Below are positions 25,828-33,629 of a DNA stretch of 64,000 bases, in pieces (the stretch's first letter is position 1; each line of letters starts with the position of its first letter). Source of the DNA: a virus; IMG/VR virus record IMGVR_UViG_3300045988_132434, positions 25,638-89,637 of that record; one strand, 5' to 3'. The translations under genes were made by a program, and so were the position numbers. The notes below the pieces were generated by a model, which was given only the letters and a program-made list of their open reading frames with translations, searched no databases and had not been told where the DNA came from.

Positions 25828-25873
25828 AACTCCAAACAATTCTATAAAGTATTAAAATGTCAATTCTTCGTTA

Positions 25874-26158
25874 TTACCGAATCTCCACCAACTCGATTGA
25901 TCCGTAAATCAATTTACTCTGCAAAAGAGAATAAAAGGTGTTGCAATCTGTTTTTGCGTCTTCACGCAAACTTTCTATTTGTTTCGCTATATCCATATAC
26001 TTGTCTTCATACGAAAAATAGTATTTTTCAATGCCTGCAATAATAGCATTAACAAGGCGACGAGTTCCGGCCTTGGAAGATGCCCAGATGCCGTAAAGAT
26101 GAAATGAACTCCACGATTTCCGTTCGTCGCAAGTGTTTAATATATATACTCGTTTCAT
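25874..26158 (-). CDS. small hypothetical protein, paralogue B
   Basis: See 25234-25521. Confidence 0.5.
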   Translation of the reverse strand: MKRVYILNTCDERKSWSSFHLYGIWASSKAGTRRLVNAIIAGIEKYYFSYEDKYMDIAKQIESLREDAKTDCNTFYSLLQSKLIYGSIELVEIR

Positions 26159-26164
26159 AATTCC

Positions 26165-26518
26165 TCAATATTTTATAGGGTCTATAATATTCGTCTTATA
26201 CCACACCGCCGCCTGTGCCATCGTGTCCTTCAATGCCTCGATGAACTGCATGTAGTTGTTCTGGTTGATGGTGATATATCGTTCCGGGTGTTGTCCGTCA
26301 TGGTCGCCGCTTGTCAGGTGGATGACGCAGAATGTACGGTCGGTGTCGTGATAGGCTACAAAACCTCGTTGCTCCAAAACTGCCACTGTGCGGTCGAAGC
26401 CTGCCGGAGTGGTAGGTATTACCTGCAACACGCTCCAGGGGTATTCCTGAGCCGTGAGGAGCGTGTGTCCTTCCTGCTGACTGAGCAGGAAGGAATGAAT
26501 TGTTCTTGATGCTATCAT
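26165..26518 (-). CDS. hypothetical protein (117 aa)
   Basis: Clean ORF. Confidence 0.45.
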   Translation of the reverse strand: MIASRTIHSFLLSQQEGHTLLTAQEYPWSVLQVIPTTPAGFDRTVAVLEQRGFVAYHDTDRTFCVIHLTSGDHDGQHPERYITINQNNYMQFIEALKDTMAQAAVWYKTNIIDPIKY

Positions 26519-26937
26519 ACTGCAAAGTTAAGCAAAAGTTGACGGGTATCTACTTCTTGACGACGATATTTTTTTCTGCTCGCCTTCATGCGATCTTCTC
26601 GCATAATAGCATCCAGACGCTGCTGTTCTGCCTCGATGTGCTGTTCCTCTTCCTTGGTAAGCGGGGGGAAAACAAAAGACTCAAGGGCTTTTTTGAAGCG
26701 GTACTCGCTTACTTGCTCGTCGCCAATAAAGCAGTCCACACTCTGGTATGATCCATGACGAAGACGCACCTTGCCGCCTTTCCATGTCATATTGCCTATA
26801 GTGTAGCTCTTGTAATACCACAACAGACTATGATTAGTCAAGCCCCATGTTTTATCCCAATGTGCAGCGGCACTGGCGCTGTTATCGTAATAATTTTCTC
26901 TTCTTTGCGCTTCGCGCTTAAATTCTTGTAAAGTCAT
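26515..26937 (-). CDS. hypothetical protein (140 aa)
   Basis: Clean ORF with a 4-nt stop/start overlap with the downstream gene. Confidence 0.45.
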   Translation of the reverse strand: MTLQEFKREAQRRENYYDNSASAAAHWDKTWGLTNHSLLWYYKSYTIGNMTWKGGKVRLRHGSYQSVDCFIGDEQVSEYRFKKALESFVFPPLTKEEEQHIEAEQQRLDAIMREDRMKASRKKYRRQEVDTRQLLLNFAV

Positions 26938-26992
26938 AATCCTTAGTATTTTAGATGTTCGATAATAGGGGATGTCTAATTCCCGTGATGCC

Positions 26993-27670
26993 TTATTTCT
27001 CCTCCTTCGCTAATATTTTTCTCACGCTATAATAAGGCGTGTTAAACGGATATTTCACTTCGTTGACGACGTACACCACGGACGGCTCCGTCATGCGCAA
27101 TGTGTCTCGACACTCCACGCGGCCATACATGCCATGTGCCATGAAGTTCAGGGCGCACATCTTGCAGACAATAGAATCGCTGTCTTGTGCCACATACTCG
27201 AAGCGACGGCCGGCTGAATGGTCCAGTCTGCTCTTCTCCATATAGTGAGCCAGGAGCAAACGTCCGCTACCTGCTGCGCAGTCATTCACCTTGCCGTGGT
27301 CGCCGGCTCCCAGACCGCTGATCTGTGCCATAAGGTCCGATACGCTCTGAGGCGTGAAGAACTGGCCCGTCTTCGATGCCTTGCCACGGCTCAGATACAT
27401 TTCTTCATACAGGATGCCGAACACGTCCAGCCACTGGCCATGCTCCATCGCCGTTTTTACGTCGTTGAGCCACAGAAGAGCAAGATCGGCAAAGGTGGGA
27501 TTCTTTTGTGTGCAGTTTAAGAAATGCTGACCGGTTGTACCAGTCTTAAAAGCATCAATATTGAAAAACTCTATAAGATAGTCGCAGAAGTCGCTCAGGG
27601 CCATTTCCTGCGGTCTGCTGTGCTTGTTTGCCTGTTCGGTCAATACGTCGATATATTTCTTTTTATCCAT
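26993..27670 (-). CDS. HsdM/N6-adenine methyltransferase-like protein, C-terminally truncated
   Basis: GQFFTPQSVSDLM (motif X type), NDCAAGSGRLL (motif I) and VAQDSDSIVCKMCALNFMAHGM (the GQE...MN..LHG block) are present. The protein ends about 35 aa later with only a degenerate NTPY where NPPF/Y is expected. Confidence 0.6.
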   Translation of the reverse strand: MDKKKYIDVLTEQANKHSRPQEMALSDFCDYLIEFFNIDAFKTGTTGQHFLNCTQKNPTFADLALLWLNDVKTAMEHGQWLDVFGILYEEMYLSRGKASKTGQFFTPQSVSDLMAQISGLGAGDHGKVNDCAAGSGRLLLAHYMEKSRLDHSAGRRFEYVAQDSDSIVCKMCALNFMAHGMYGRVECRDTLRMTEPSVVYVVNEVKYPFNTPYYSVRKILAKEEK

Positions 27671-27702
27671 GATTTTCTCAATTTTTAATGTGTTCTATAA
27701 TA

Positions 27703-27730
27703 GGGGCTGCCCTGCTGCCAGGTGCAGCCC
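27703..27730. repeat. GC hairpin, copy 1 (GGGGCTGCCCTG-ctgc-CAGGTGCAGCCC)
   Basis: Near-perfect stem with no following T run. It is adjacent to the TATTATAGAAC motif. A homologous copy lies at 28582-28609. Confidence 0.7.
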
Positions 27731-27742
27731 GTGAATGTTGAT

Positions 27743-28558
27743 TTAATAGCCCTTCCAAAAGTAGGAGTGATGGCTATACTGGCTTAACGCCTTTTCTTTT
27801 GCGAACTCGCGGATCTCGTAGTCGTAGCCTTCCATTTCTTTCATTATCGCCTCCGCCTTACGTGCCAGTCGCAAATAGGCTGCGTACTTCTTCTTTGAAG
27901 CCTTCAGGCTCTCGATTTGGGCAAGTCGGCCGTTTTTGTAAAACTCTATAACTGCAACCGCTTTTCCTGCCTCCAGACGGTCGCCCGTGTTCCACTGCCA
28001 GTCGTTAGGATTCACTTCCTTCTTCTTGCCGGTGTAGCGGTTGATGCCGTGGCTCCAGTCGGCGGATATTGAGACGTTAGGACAATATTCTGTAATACGG
28101 TAATAGTCGCTGCAATTCAGCTTGAAACGGTATTCACCGAACGTGCTATAAAAGCCCGTAGCTTCATGTATGGCATCATGGAAGCGTTTATTCAGCACCT
28201 TGCCATCGAACTGTCTGCACACCTGAATAAGTCCGTCCAGGGCTTTAATTTCGAGCTGTCTGCGCTCGATCAATGCGTCAACGTGCTTTCCGTACTCCTT
28301 CACCTCGTTGGCCTTCTTATCGGCTTCATGCTTTTTAGCAGCCGCCATAAAGTCGTCCTTCGTGCCGATACTGTAGGCTTCTTCCTCTCTGCCTTGCTCA
28401 CGGCAAAACTGGTGGTGCAAATCTATATACTTCTGCGCATCGTCCTTGGTGGCAAAGTATCGCAAACCGTCCAGGCTTTCATACTTCCATACACATACGT
28501 TGCCGTCGTTGCAAATCAATTTCGTTGCTTCAAAAAGAATCTGATTCATATTTCTCAT
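27743..28558 (-). CDS. hypothetical protein
   Basis: Start taken at the ATG (MRNMNQILF) downstream of the upstream motif. Confidence 0.45.
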   Translation of the reverse strand: MRNMNQILFEATKLICNDGNVCVWKYESLDGLRYFATKDDAQKYIDLHHQFCREQGREEEAYSIGTKDDFMAAAKKHEADKKANEVKEYGKHVDALIERRQLEIKALDGLIQVCRQFDGKVLNKRFHDAIHEATGFYSTFGEYRFKLNCSDYYRITEYCPNVSISADWSHGINRYTGKKKEVNPNDWQWNTGDRLEAGKAVAVIEFYKNGRLAQIESLKASKKKYAAYLRLARKAEAIMKEMEGYDYEIREFAKEKALSQYSHHSYFWKGY

Positions 28559-28581
28559 TTTTTTACGTGTTCTATAATAGT

Positions 28582-28609
28582 GGGGCACCTGCTGCCAGGT
28601 GCAGCCCCG
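28582..28609. repeat. GC hairpin, copy 2
   Basis: GGGGCACCTG-ctgc-CAGGTGCAGCCCC. Confidence 0.7.
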
Positions 28610-28619
28610 TGATTGATGA

Positions 28620-29015
28620 TTAGTAAGACAATACCGCTATACGGTAGTACTCCGTATCTCCGTCGTTGTCTGGTATGTTGGCAATACACAGATCGCCCGT
28701 GGGTGCCTCGTAGATATACGAGCTACCTATAATATCATGCACCGTAAACTCGCCCCGTTGCTGGCTGTGTTCGCCACTGTTGGCAATACACGTGATACCG
28801 TTGTGATAGCCTCCAGCCGGTGCAGGGAAGTCCCCACCTACCATCCTATCCTGAAGGAAGCGCAACGAATAGCGGCCCGCCTCCTTGCTGTGCTGTTTGA
28901 GTACCTGAGCCAGGAGTCGCTTCGCCTCCTTCCATCGTGCCTCGTTGAACATGTCTCGACGTTGTGGGAGATACTGTGTATCATTCGTCACATTAAACAA
29001 AACTATCTGTGCCAT
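28620..29015 (-). CDS. hypothetical protein (131 aa)
   Basis: Clean ORF. Confidence 0.45.
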   Translation of the reverse strand: MAQIVLFNVTNDTQYLPQRRDMFNEARWKEAKRLLAQVLKQHSKEAGRYSLRFLQDRMVGGDFPAPAGGYHNGITCIANSGEHSQQRGEFTVHDIIGSSYIYEAPTGDLCIANIPDNDGDTEYYRIAVLSY

Positions 29016-29072
29016 ATCTGTAAAAATTAAAAAATTGGTGATGTTTATATCTGCCTATAATAGGCGTTTTTG

Positions 29073-29330
29073 TTAGTATTCGATGCAAAGTAATAGGGCT
29101 ATTACCACTGCAATAATGTTGTAACCGACGAACTGCCAGCCGGTGCACTTGATGGGATCGCCATCCTGGGCGTAAAAGCTATGCCGTGTGTGGAGCCACT
29201 GGCAGACCGTTTTCAGGACCGCCAGGGCGTTCTTGACCATACGAGTGACGAGTAACACGATAACGGTAATTAAAGCCGCCAGAAGGGCACGGGTGCCCGT
29301 TGTGCGTGATATTGTGATGTTCTGTACCAT
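29073..29330 (-). CDS. small membrane protein (two hydrophobic helices)
   Basis: The internal start MVQNITIS avoids overlap with the upstream gene. The hydrophobic helices are ALLAALITVIVLLV and FVGYNIIAVVIALLLC. Confidence 0.4.
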   Translation of the reverse strand: MVQNITISRTTGTRALLAALITVIVLLVTRMVKNALAVLKTVCQWLHTRHSFYAQDGDPIKCTGWQFVGYNIIAVVIALLLCIEY

Positions 29331-29341
29331 GTTGATATGAT

Positions 29342-29617
29342 TTAAGCGGTGTACATAAAATCGTCCAGATAATAACGCGTTCCGTATATGGTAAAATACG
29401 GACGGCATTCAGCTTCAGGATCACGCGGGCAAGTGTATTTTATGCGCTGCCAGCGTTGTGCCGTGTGTTCATTTCTGCTGGTGCAGTCACGCCATAATAC
29501 CCCTTCCCCGCCATCGTCTATAACGATGCAATAACCGCCATAATTGTTTGTCTGAAGGAAAGCGCAACCGAACTTTGAGAGCTCGTCGAACTCCTGTTTT
29601 TTCGTGATTCTTGCCAT
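29342..29617 (-). CDS. hypothetical protein (91 aa)
   Basis: Clean ORF. Confidence 0.45.
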   Translation of the reverse strand: MARITKKQEFDELSKFGCAFLQTNNYGGYCIVIDDGGEGVLWRDCTSRNEHTAQRWQRIKYTCPRDPEAECRPYFTIYGTRYYLDDFMYTA

Positions 29618-29677
29618 AATCTATAAAGTATTTAATATTGTTTGATGTAAGGACCGGCGGTACCGGTCTAACACCTT

Positions 29678-30055
29678 CTATTTTTGCAAGTTCTTTATAA
29701 ATTCACTTTCAACGTCCCAAGTGTTTTTTTTGGGATGATTCAGCAAAAAAGATTCTGCAAAATTTTTGTAATTTTCCAAACAGTCTTTTTTTACAGCTCC
29801 CTGCAAAAAAACGCGTTCACCACACGCGCCGCCGCGGGGGGCTACATTCTTTGCACCACAAGCAATACCCAGACGATCCAACACGTGCACAACATCCCAT
29901 GTGTCAACGTGTTTTGTGTTTTTGTCACTGTAGCCTGTTGTAACTATACCAAAAACAGCCAAACGACATAAAACTTTATATACGCGTGTATTTTTTCGGA
30001 TTCCATAAAGACGCGGATCTTTTATAAAGCTATATAATTTATTTATTTGTTTCAT
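29678..30055 (-). CDS. hypothetical protein (125 aa)
   Basis: Clean ORF. Confidence 0.45.
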   Translation of the reverse strand: MKQINKLYSFIKDPRLYGIRKNTRVYKVLCRLAVFGIVTTGYSDKNTKHVDTWDVVHVLDRLGIACGAKNVAPRGGACGERVFLQGAVKKDCLENYKNFAESFLLNHPKKNTWDVESEFIKNLQK

Positions 30056-30096
30056 AATTTTATTTTATTAAAAGTTGTTAAAAGTTGTTAGATAAA

Positions 30097-30116
30097 GGAC
30101 CGGCGGGCGCCGGTCC
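30097..30116 (-). terminator. GC hairpin (GGACCGGCG/CGCCGGTCC), putative terminator
   Basis: 9-bp palindromic stem downstream of 30128-30481. T-rich sequence follows on the minus strand. Confidence 0.5.
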
Positions 30117-30127
30117 CAGGTTGTTAA

Positions 30128-30481
30128 TTATAGGTTAATAGTTTCACCATTTGCCAAATCGAATATTGCTAATTGTTTGTTTGCACGTCCAAGTTCTATA
30201 GCCGTTTTCAAATCATTTACAATTATGGTGGCATCAAAATAAAACTGTCTATTATCAGGATTTAGCCATCCGCCGAAAGCGTTGATTTCCGGATGTTCAC
30301 TAACGCATTCTATAACTTTTTTCAAGCCGGCAAAACCGAATGAGTCTTGAGTATCAGCGACGGCAACAGCGTAACCAATAGTAATAGGCTGCAAGGTGGC
30401 AGCGGAAACGGTAAAACCTTCCTTGTTGTTTAATGCAATGGTTGCAAGTGCAACCAAGACAGATGTTTGTTTTTTGTTCAT
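30128..30481 (-). CDS. hypothetical protein
   Basis: Start at MNKKQTSV. A TACCTTTG box at 30518-30525 precedes it. Confidence 0.5.
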   Translation of the reverse strand: MNKKQTSVLVALATIALNNKEGFTVSAATLQPITIGYAVAVADTQDSFGFAGLKKVIECVSEHPEINAFGGWLNPDNRQFYFDATIIVNDLKTAIELGRANKQLAIFDLANGETINL

Positions 30482-30517
30482 AATGCTAAAGTATTTAATT
30501 TGTTTTTGTTTACGATG

Positions 30518-30525
30518 CAAAGGTA
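30518..30525 (-). promoter_or_regulatory. Bacteroidota -7 box (TACCTTTG on minus)
   Basis: Plus-strand CAAAGGTA lies about 37 nt upstream of the ATG at 30481. Confidence 0.55.
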
Positions 30526-31072
30526 ATAACTTTATTTGTTTTTACCAAATAAAATTATTAAAAAGTTTATATTTATATTTGTTTTTAACCTTTTCTAAAC
30601 AAATAAACCTATTTATTAAATATAATTTCACAAATAAACTTATTACTATACCTTATTATATATAATACCGTTTTTCGGTGGAGTGGTCCTCGGTGGCTGA
30701 TGGTGTCCTCCGTGGTGTCCTCCCTGGTGTGCGGCCGCATATTCACAGCCGGACACGCTGGCGGGGGCACGCAAGGCGCATCAGTGCGGCGGCGCTCTCG
30801 CCTGTGAATCGAAGTTGCAAGGAAAGTTTGCTGGATGCGATTGCTCTAATTATCAATTATTTAGATTTCTACACCGGATGGCTTTTTACAGGTAGATATG
30901 TAGGCTAAAATGCTGGCTATTAGCCATTTATAGGGGTAAAAGAATAATTCAGATATACCGTTTAACGCCCAAATATTTCCTCAAAACACACAAAAATCAA
31001 CAGAAAACGCTTTTTTTTACTGAAAACAAATATATTTATCACTAAAACTTTGGTATTATTAAATAAAAACAT

Positions 31073-31080
31073 TACCTTTG
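31073..31080 (+). promoter_or_regulatory. Bacteroidota -7 box TACCTTTG for the XRE gene
   Basis: About 39 nt upstream of the ATG at 31119. Confidence 0.55.
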
Positions 31081-31118
31081 CAAATAAATAGCAAATAAAT
31101 ATATATAGTTGTTTGATT

Positions 31119-31487
31119 ATGGAAACAGAAAAAAGACCAAAATCAGAGGTTAATCTTCGCAAACTCATGCAGAAAATGGGGTTAGGCACAAACGCATTTG
31201 CCGAAGCCTGCGGCATGAGTTCGCAGTCGATGGCACAATTCTTACGCAATAAATCGCTAACAACAGCGTCTATATATCGCATAGCAATGGCCCTCGATAT
31301 AGACCCTCGCGACATGTTCTTCCCAACCGACGAGGAAGAAACGACATTATCTTTTTCCGACAAAGAAAAAGAGGAGAAAAAAGAAAATACACAAGAGGAC
31401 ACACAACCGATAGTCAACACCACCGCCTTCTGTCCTCATTGTGGTGCAAAAGTCCGCGTGGGCGTGGTGCTGTTGCCCGAAGCGTAA
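31119..31487 (+). CDS. XRE-family HTH regulator (repressor-like) with a C-terminal Cys pair
   Basis: LRKLMQKMGLGTNAFAEACGMSSQSMAQFLRNKSLTTASIYRIAMALDIDPRDMFF is a classic XRE/Cro-cI HTH. The C-terminus contains CPHCG. Confidence 0.8.
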   Translation: METEKRPKSEVNLRKLMQKMGLGTNAFAEACGMSSQSMAQFLRNKSLTTASIYRIAMALDIDPRDMFFPTDEEETTLSFSDKEKEEKKENTQEDTQPIVNTTAFCPHCGAKVRVGVVLLPEA

Positions 31488-31555
31488 AAATCCCACGGCA
31501 AGCGTGTGCCTACCGTGGGAAAACAGACAAAAAGCCTCCGTACCCCTGTCTGCCG

Positions 31556-31993
31556 TTACATCTCCAAGTCGCTGCCGCCGCCAGGCTTCTGACCACCGCC
31601 GGAGCCTCCGTCAGCCGATACGCCACCTGTGAGGTCGTTGCAGGAGAGCATGACCTTGAAGTCGTCGGTGACGAGGGAGCGCATGAAGCTGTACGGGTTG
31701 CCGATCTTGTGCTGCGCCTTGTACGCCTTCATCACAGCAAGGTAAGCCTCCGTGCCCTTCGCCGACGTAGCGGACGGGCGGTTCTGCTTCCACCAAGAGG
31801 CCGCAAACTGCGCCTTCTTCGTGAAGTCGGCCTTTGCCACTTGCTGTTTCTCACTGTTCGGCTGTGTGCATCCATGATACCCTGCCGAATACATCTTACC
31901 CGTGCGCTTGTTGACACCAATGTAAGTAGTGTCCTTTTTGCACAGTTTGCCACTAATGGAACTAACCAAGTGGCTTGGAACAATCTTTGCCAT
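31556..31993 (-). CDS. hypothetical protein with a Gly-rich C-terminus
   Basis: MAKIVPSH... The minus frame looks protein-like. The overlapping plus-strand ORFs are R/L-rich antisense shadows. Local GC content is visibly higher than in the flanks. Confidence 0.45.
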   Translation of the reverse strand: MAKIVPSHLVSSISGKLCKKDTTYIGVNKRTGKMYSAGYHGCTQPNSEKQQVAKADFTKKAQFAASWWKQNRPSATSAKGTEAYLAVMKAYKAQHKIGNPYSFMRSLVTDDFKVMLSCNDLTGGVSADGGSGGGQKPGGGSDLEM

Positions 31994-32053
31994 ACGCAAT
32001 AAATTTTTCCGTGAAACATTGTCCCTAAAAAGGAACGAGAACTATCACAGAGC

Positions 32054-32086
32054 AAGTACTACGAAAGTACTATGAAAGTACTACGA
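32054..32086. repeat. three 11-bp tandem repeats, each containing the palindrome AGTACT
   Basis: AGTACT occurs at 32055, 32066 and 32077. The unit is AAGTACTAYGA. Confidence 0.85.
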
Positions 32087-32205
32087 CTTTGCTCATGGTA
32101 TAAAGGTACAAAAAACGTGCGTGAAACATCGGACACAGTGAGAGGGTCGGACACGTCGGATAGAAAAATATTCGGAGAAATGACGGGGATATGAAATAAT
32201 TGTTG

Positions 32206-32331
32206 TACCTTTGCACAAGATACTTCATAGCTAAACGGATCTTTGCGACAAAAGATCTTAAAAAAATTCATATTACATAAAGTATTAAATTTGGTTGATG
32301 TCTGTTGCCTGAGAAGGTAGCAGGCATTTTT
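32206..32331 (+). ncRNA. candidate ~115-nt plus-strand small RNA
   Basis: TACCTTTG box at 32206-32213. Internal 7-bp hairpin GATCTTT/AAAGATC. Terminator TGCCTG/CAGGCA followed by TTTTT at 32306-32331. No ORF. Confidence 0.35.
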
Positions 32332-32350
32332 CGTTTCCGTATGCCCACAA

Positions 32351-32379
32351 AAAAGCGGCTATTCTCACGAACCGCCGCC
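32351..32379 (-). terminator. minus-strand terminator with a GTGA-capped hairpin
   Basis: The minus strand reads GGCGGCGGTTC-GTGA-GAATAGCCGC followed by TTTTTT. It lies downstream of 32500-32781. Confidence 0.5.
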
Positions 32380-32499
32380 ACGAAAAATCAATAACTTCAG
32401 AAAAAAAAAGATATGTAGCATTACATAATCGTTATGGTTTATCGTCAGACAGACCTGACGAACCGACGTGCCTGTCTGACTCTTTCCGCTACCATACCT

Positions 32500-32781
32500 C
32501 TATGTCATTAAAACAGTTAGCACTAAAGCCGACACTACCGAGGCAACAGCGTCATAGGGGAAATTAGTATTATCTATTTCCCCCTTGACCTTATCCTCTG
32601 CTATCTGACTGCCAATATACAGGAAGAATGACAGCATCCATCCAAACACCACACATGGCAGACCATCCCATCCTGCAATATGGAATCCTGCCACACACAG
32701 CATGGTAACAACCATGATAATTAACATTCTCATCCACTTCTCTGCTGGCACTTTACCCAGCCACTTCATAATCTTTTTCAT
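32500..32781 (-). CDS. small membrane protein (holin candidate)
   Basis: 93 aa with three hydrophobic segments. It is the last gene of the structural operon. Confidence 0.4.
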   Translation of the reverse strand: MKKIMKWLGKVPAEKWMRMLIIMVVTMLCVAGFHIAGWDGLPCVVFGWMLSFFLYIGSQIAEDKVKGEIDNTNFPYDAVASVVSALVLTVLMT

Positions 32782-33224
32782 ACCTTAATGATTACATCTG
32801 AAATAACCTCAATCTGTTTCATCTCCCAATCAGGGTTGCTGGCGAGCAATCTGCCAAAAGCATCCTCGCTGATACCTTCTACATCGAGAGTAACATCGGC
32901 ATCTCCAAGCTCCTTGACAGCACTGTCAACAAGCTTTCTTACTCGGTCATACTCCGCAACAAAGGCTTTGTACTCCTCAGCCTTCATCTCGCAGTTTTCA
33001 CCTTTCTTGCTTTCATACTCCAGTGCTTTCTGCATTTTGCTCTCATAGTCCTCAATGTCATTGAGCTTTGATGTTGCATCCTTGCAAGCCTCCTGATAGT
33101 CCTCTGCTTTCTTCTTCACAGCATGACATACCTTCCAGACAGCAACCTTCTCACCATCCTCACATTTGCTAATCTTGGCATTTACAAGCACATTGTATGC
33201 CTCTGCAATCTTTCTTACTTTCAT
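32778..33224 (-). CDS. hypothetical protein (148 aa)
   Basis: Clean ORF with a 4-nt overlap with the downstream gene. Confidence 0.45.
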   Translation of the reverse strand: MKVRKIAEAYNVLVNAKISKCEDGEKVAVWKVCHAVKKKAEDYQEACKDATSKLNDIEDYESKMQKALEYESKKGENCEMKAEEYKAFVAEYDRVRKLVDSAVKELGDADVTLDVEGISEDAFGRLLASNPDWEMKQIEVISDVIIKV

Positions 33225-33262
33225 ATTTCTCTTCTCCTTTTTATTTAAGTTAATTAAGTTAA

Positions 33263-33595
33263 TTACTCTGCCACAGCCTTTTCCTCAGAGGTTTCCTCCA
33301 GAGTGGTTTCCTCTGTCTTAAACACAATTTTCTCAATCTCTCTTGCAACAGCAACCACAGCCTCAGTTTCATCTGACTTAGCCACATCAAGATTGTATCT
33401 CAATGCACCGTCAGCCTCTACTCGGATGTTCACGTTGGCAATATAGCCATTGTCCTTTGAGTCAAGGAATGTTTCATGGACAGACTCCACTTTTCCGCCA
33501 TTGGCAGACTGGATAGTGACGTTCACATTGTACTTCTCTGTCAGATACTCTGCCTGTGTCTGCTCTGACTTAGACTTGATAATCAATTCGTTCAT
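33263..33595 (-). CDS. hypothetical protein (110 aa)
   Basis: Clean ORF. Confidence 0.45.
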   Translation of the reverse strand: MNELIIKSKSEQTQAEYLTEKYNVNVTIQSANGGKVESVHETFLDSKDNGYIANVNIRVEADGALRYNLDVAKSDETEAVVAVAREIEKIVFKTEETTLEETSEEKAVAE

Positions 33596-33629
33596 AATCT
33601 TATTATTTATTTAGTTAAACATTATTTTG

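Noticed and set aside
30962-31423. Minus-strand ORF (153 aa) overlapping the XRE regulator gene
   Set aside because: It is antisense to a gene with a textbook HTH motif and its own TACCTTTG promoter. The translation is a low-complexity S/F/V-rich sequence.
31439-32055. Plus-strand ORF 31439-32002 and minus-frame ORFs 31611-31796 and 31732-32055
   Set aside because: Several overlapping frames are open only because the segment is GC-rich. Frame 31556-31993 (-) has a balanced, protein-like composition, whereas the others are R/A/L-rich.
32059-32271. Minus-strand ORF (70 aa)
   Set aside because: It spans tandem repeats, a hairpin and a promoter box, and its composition is unconvincing. I treated it as a regulatory/non-coding region.
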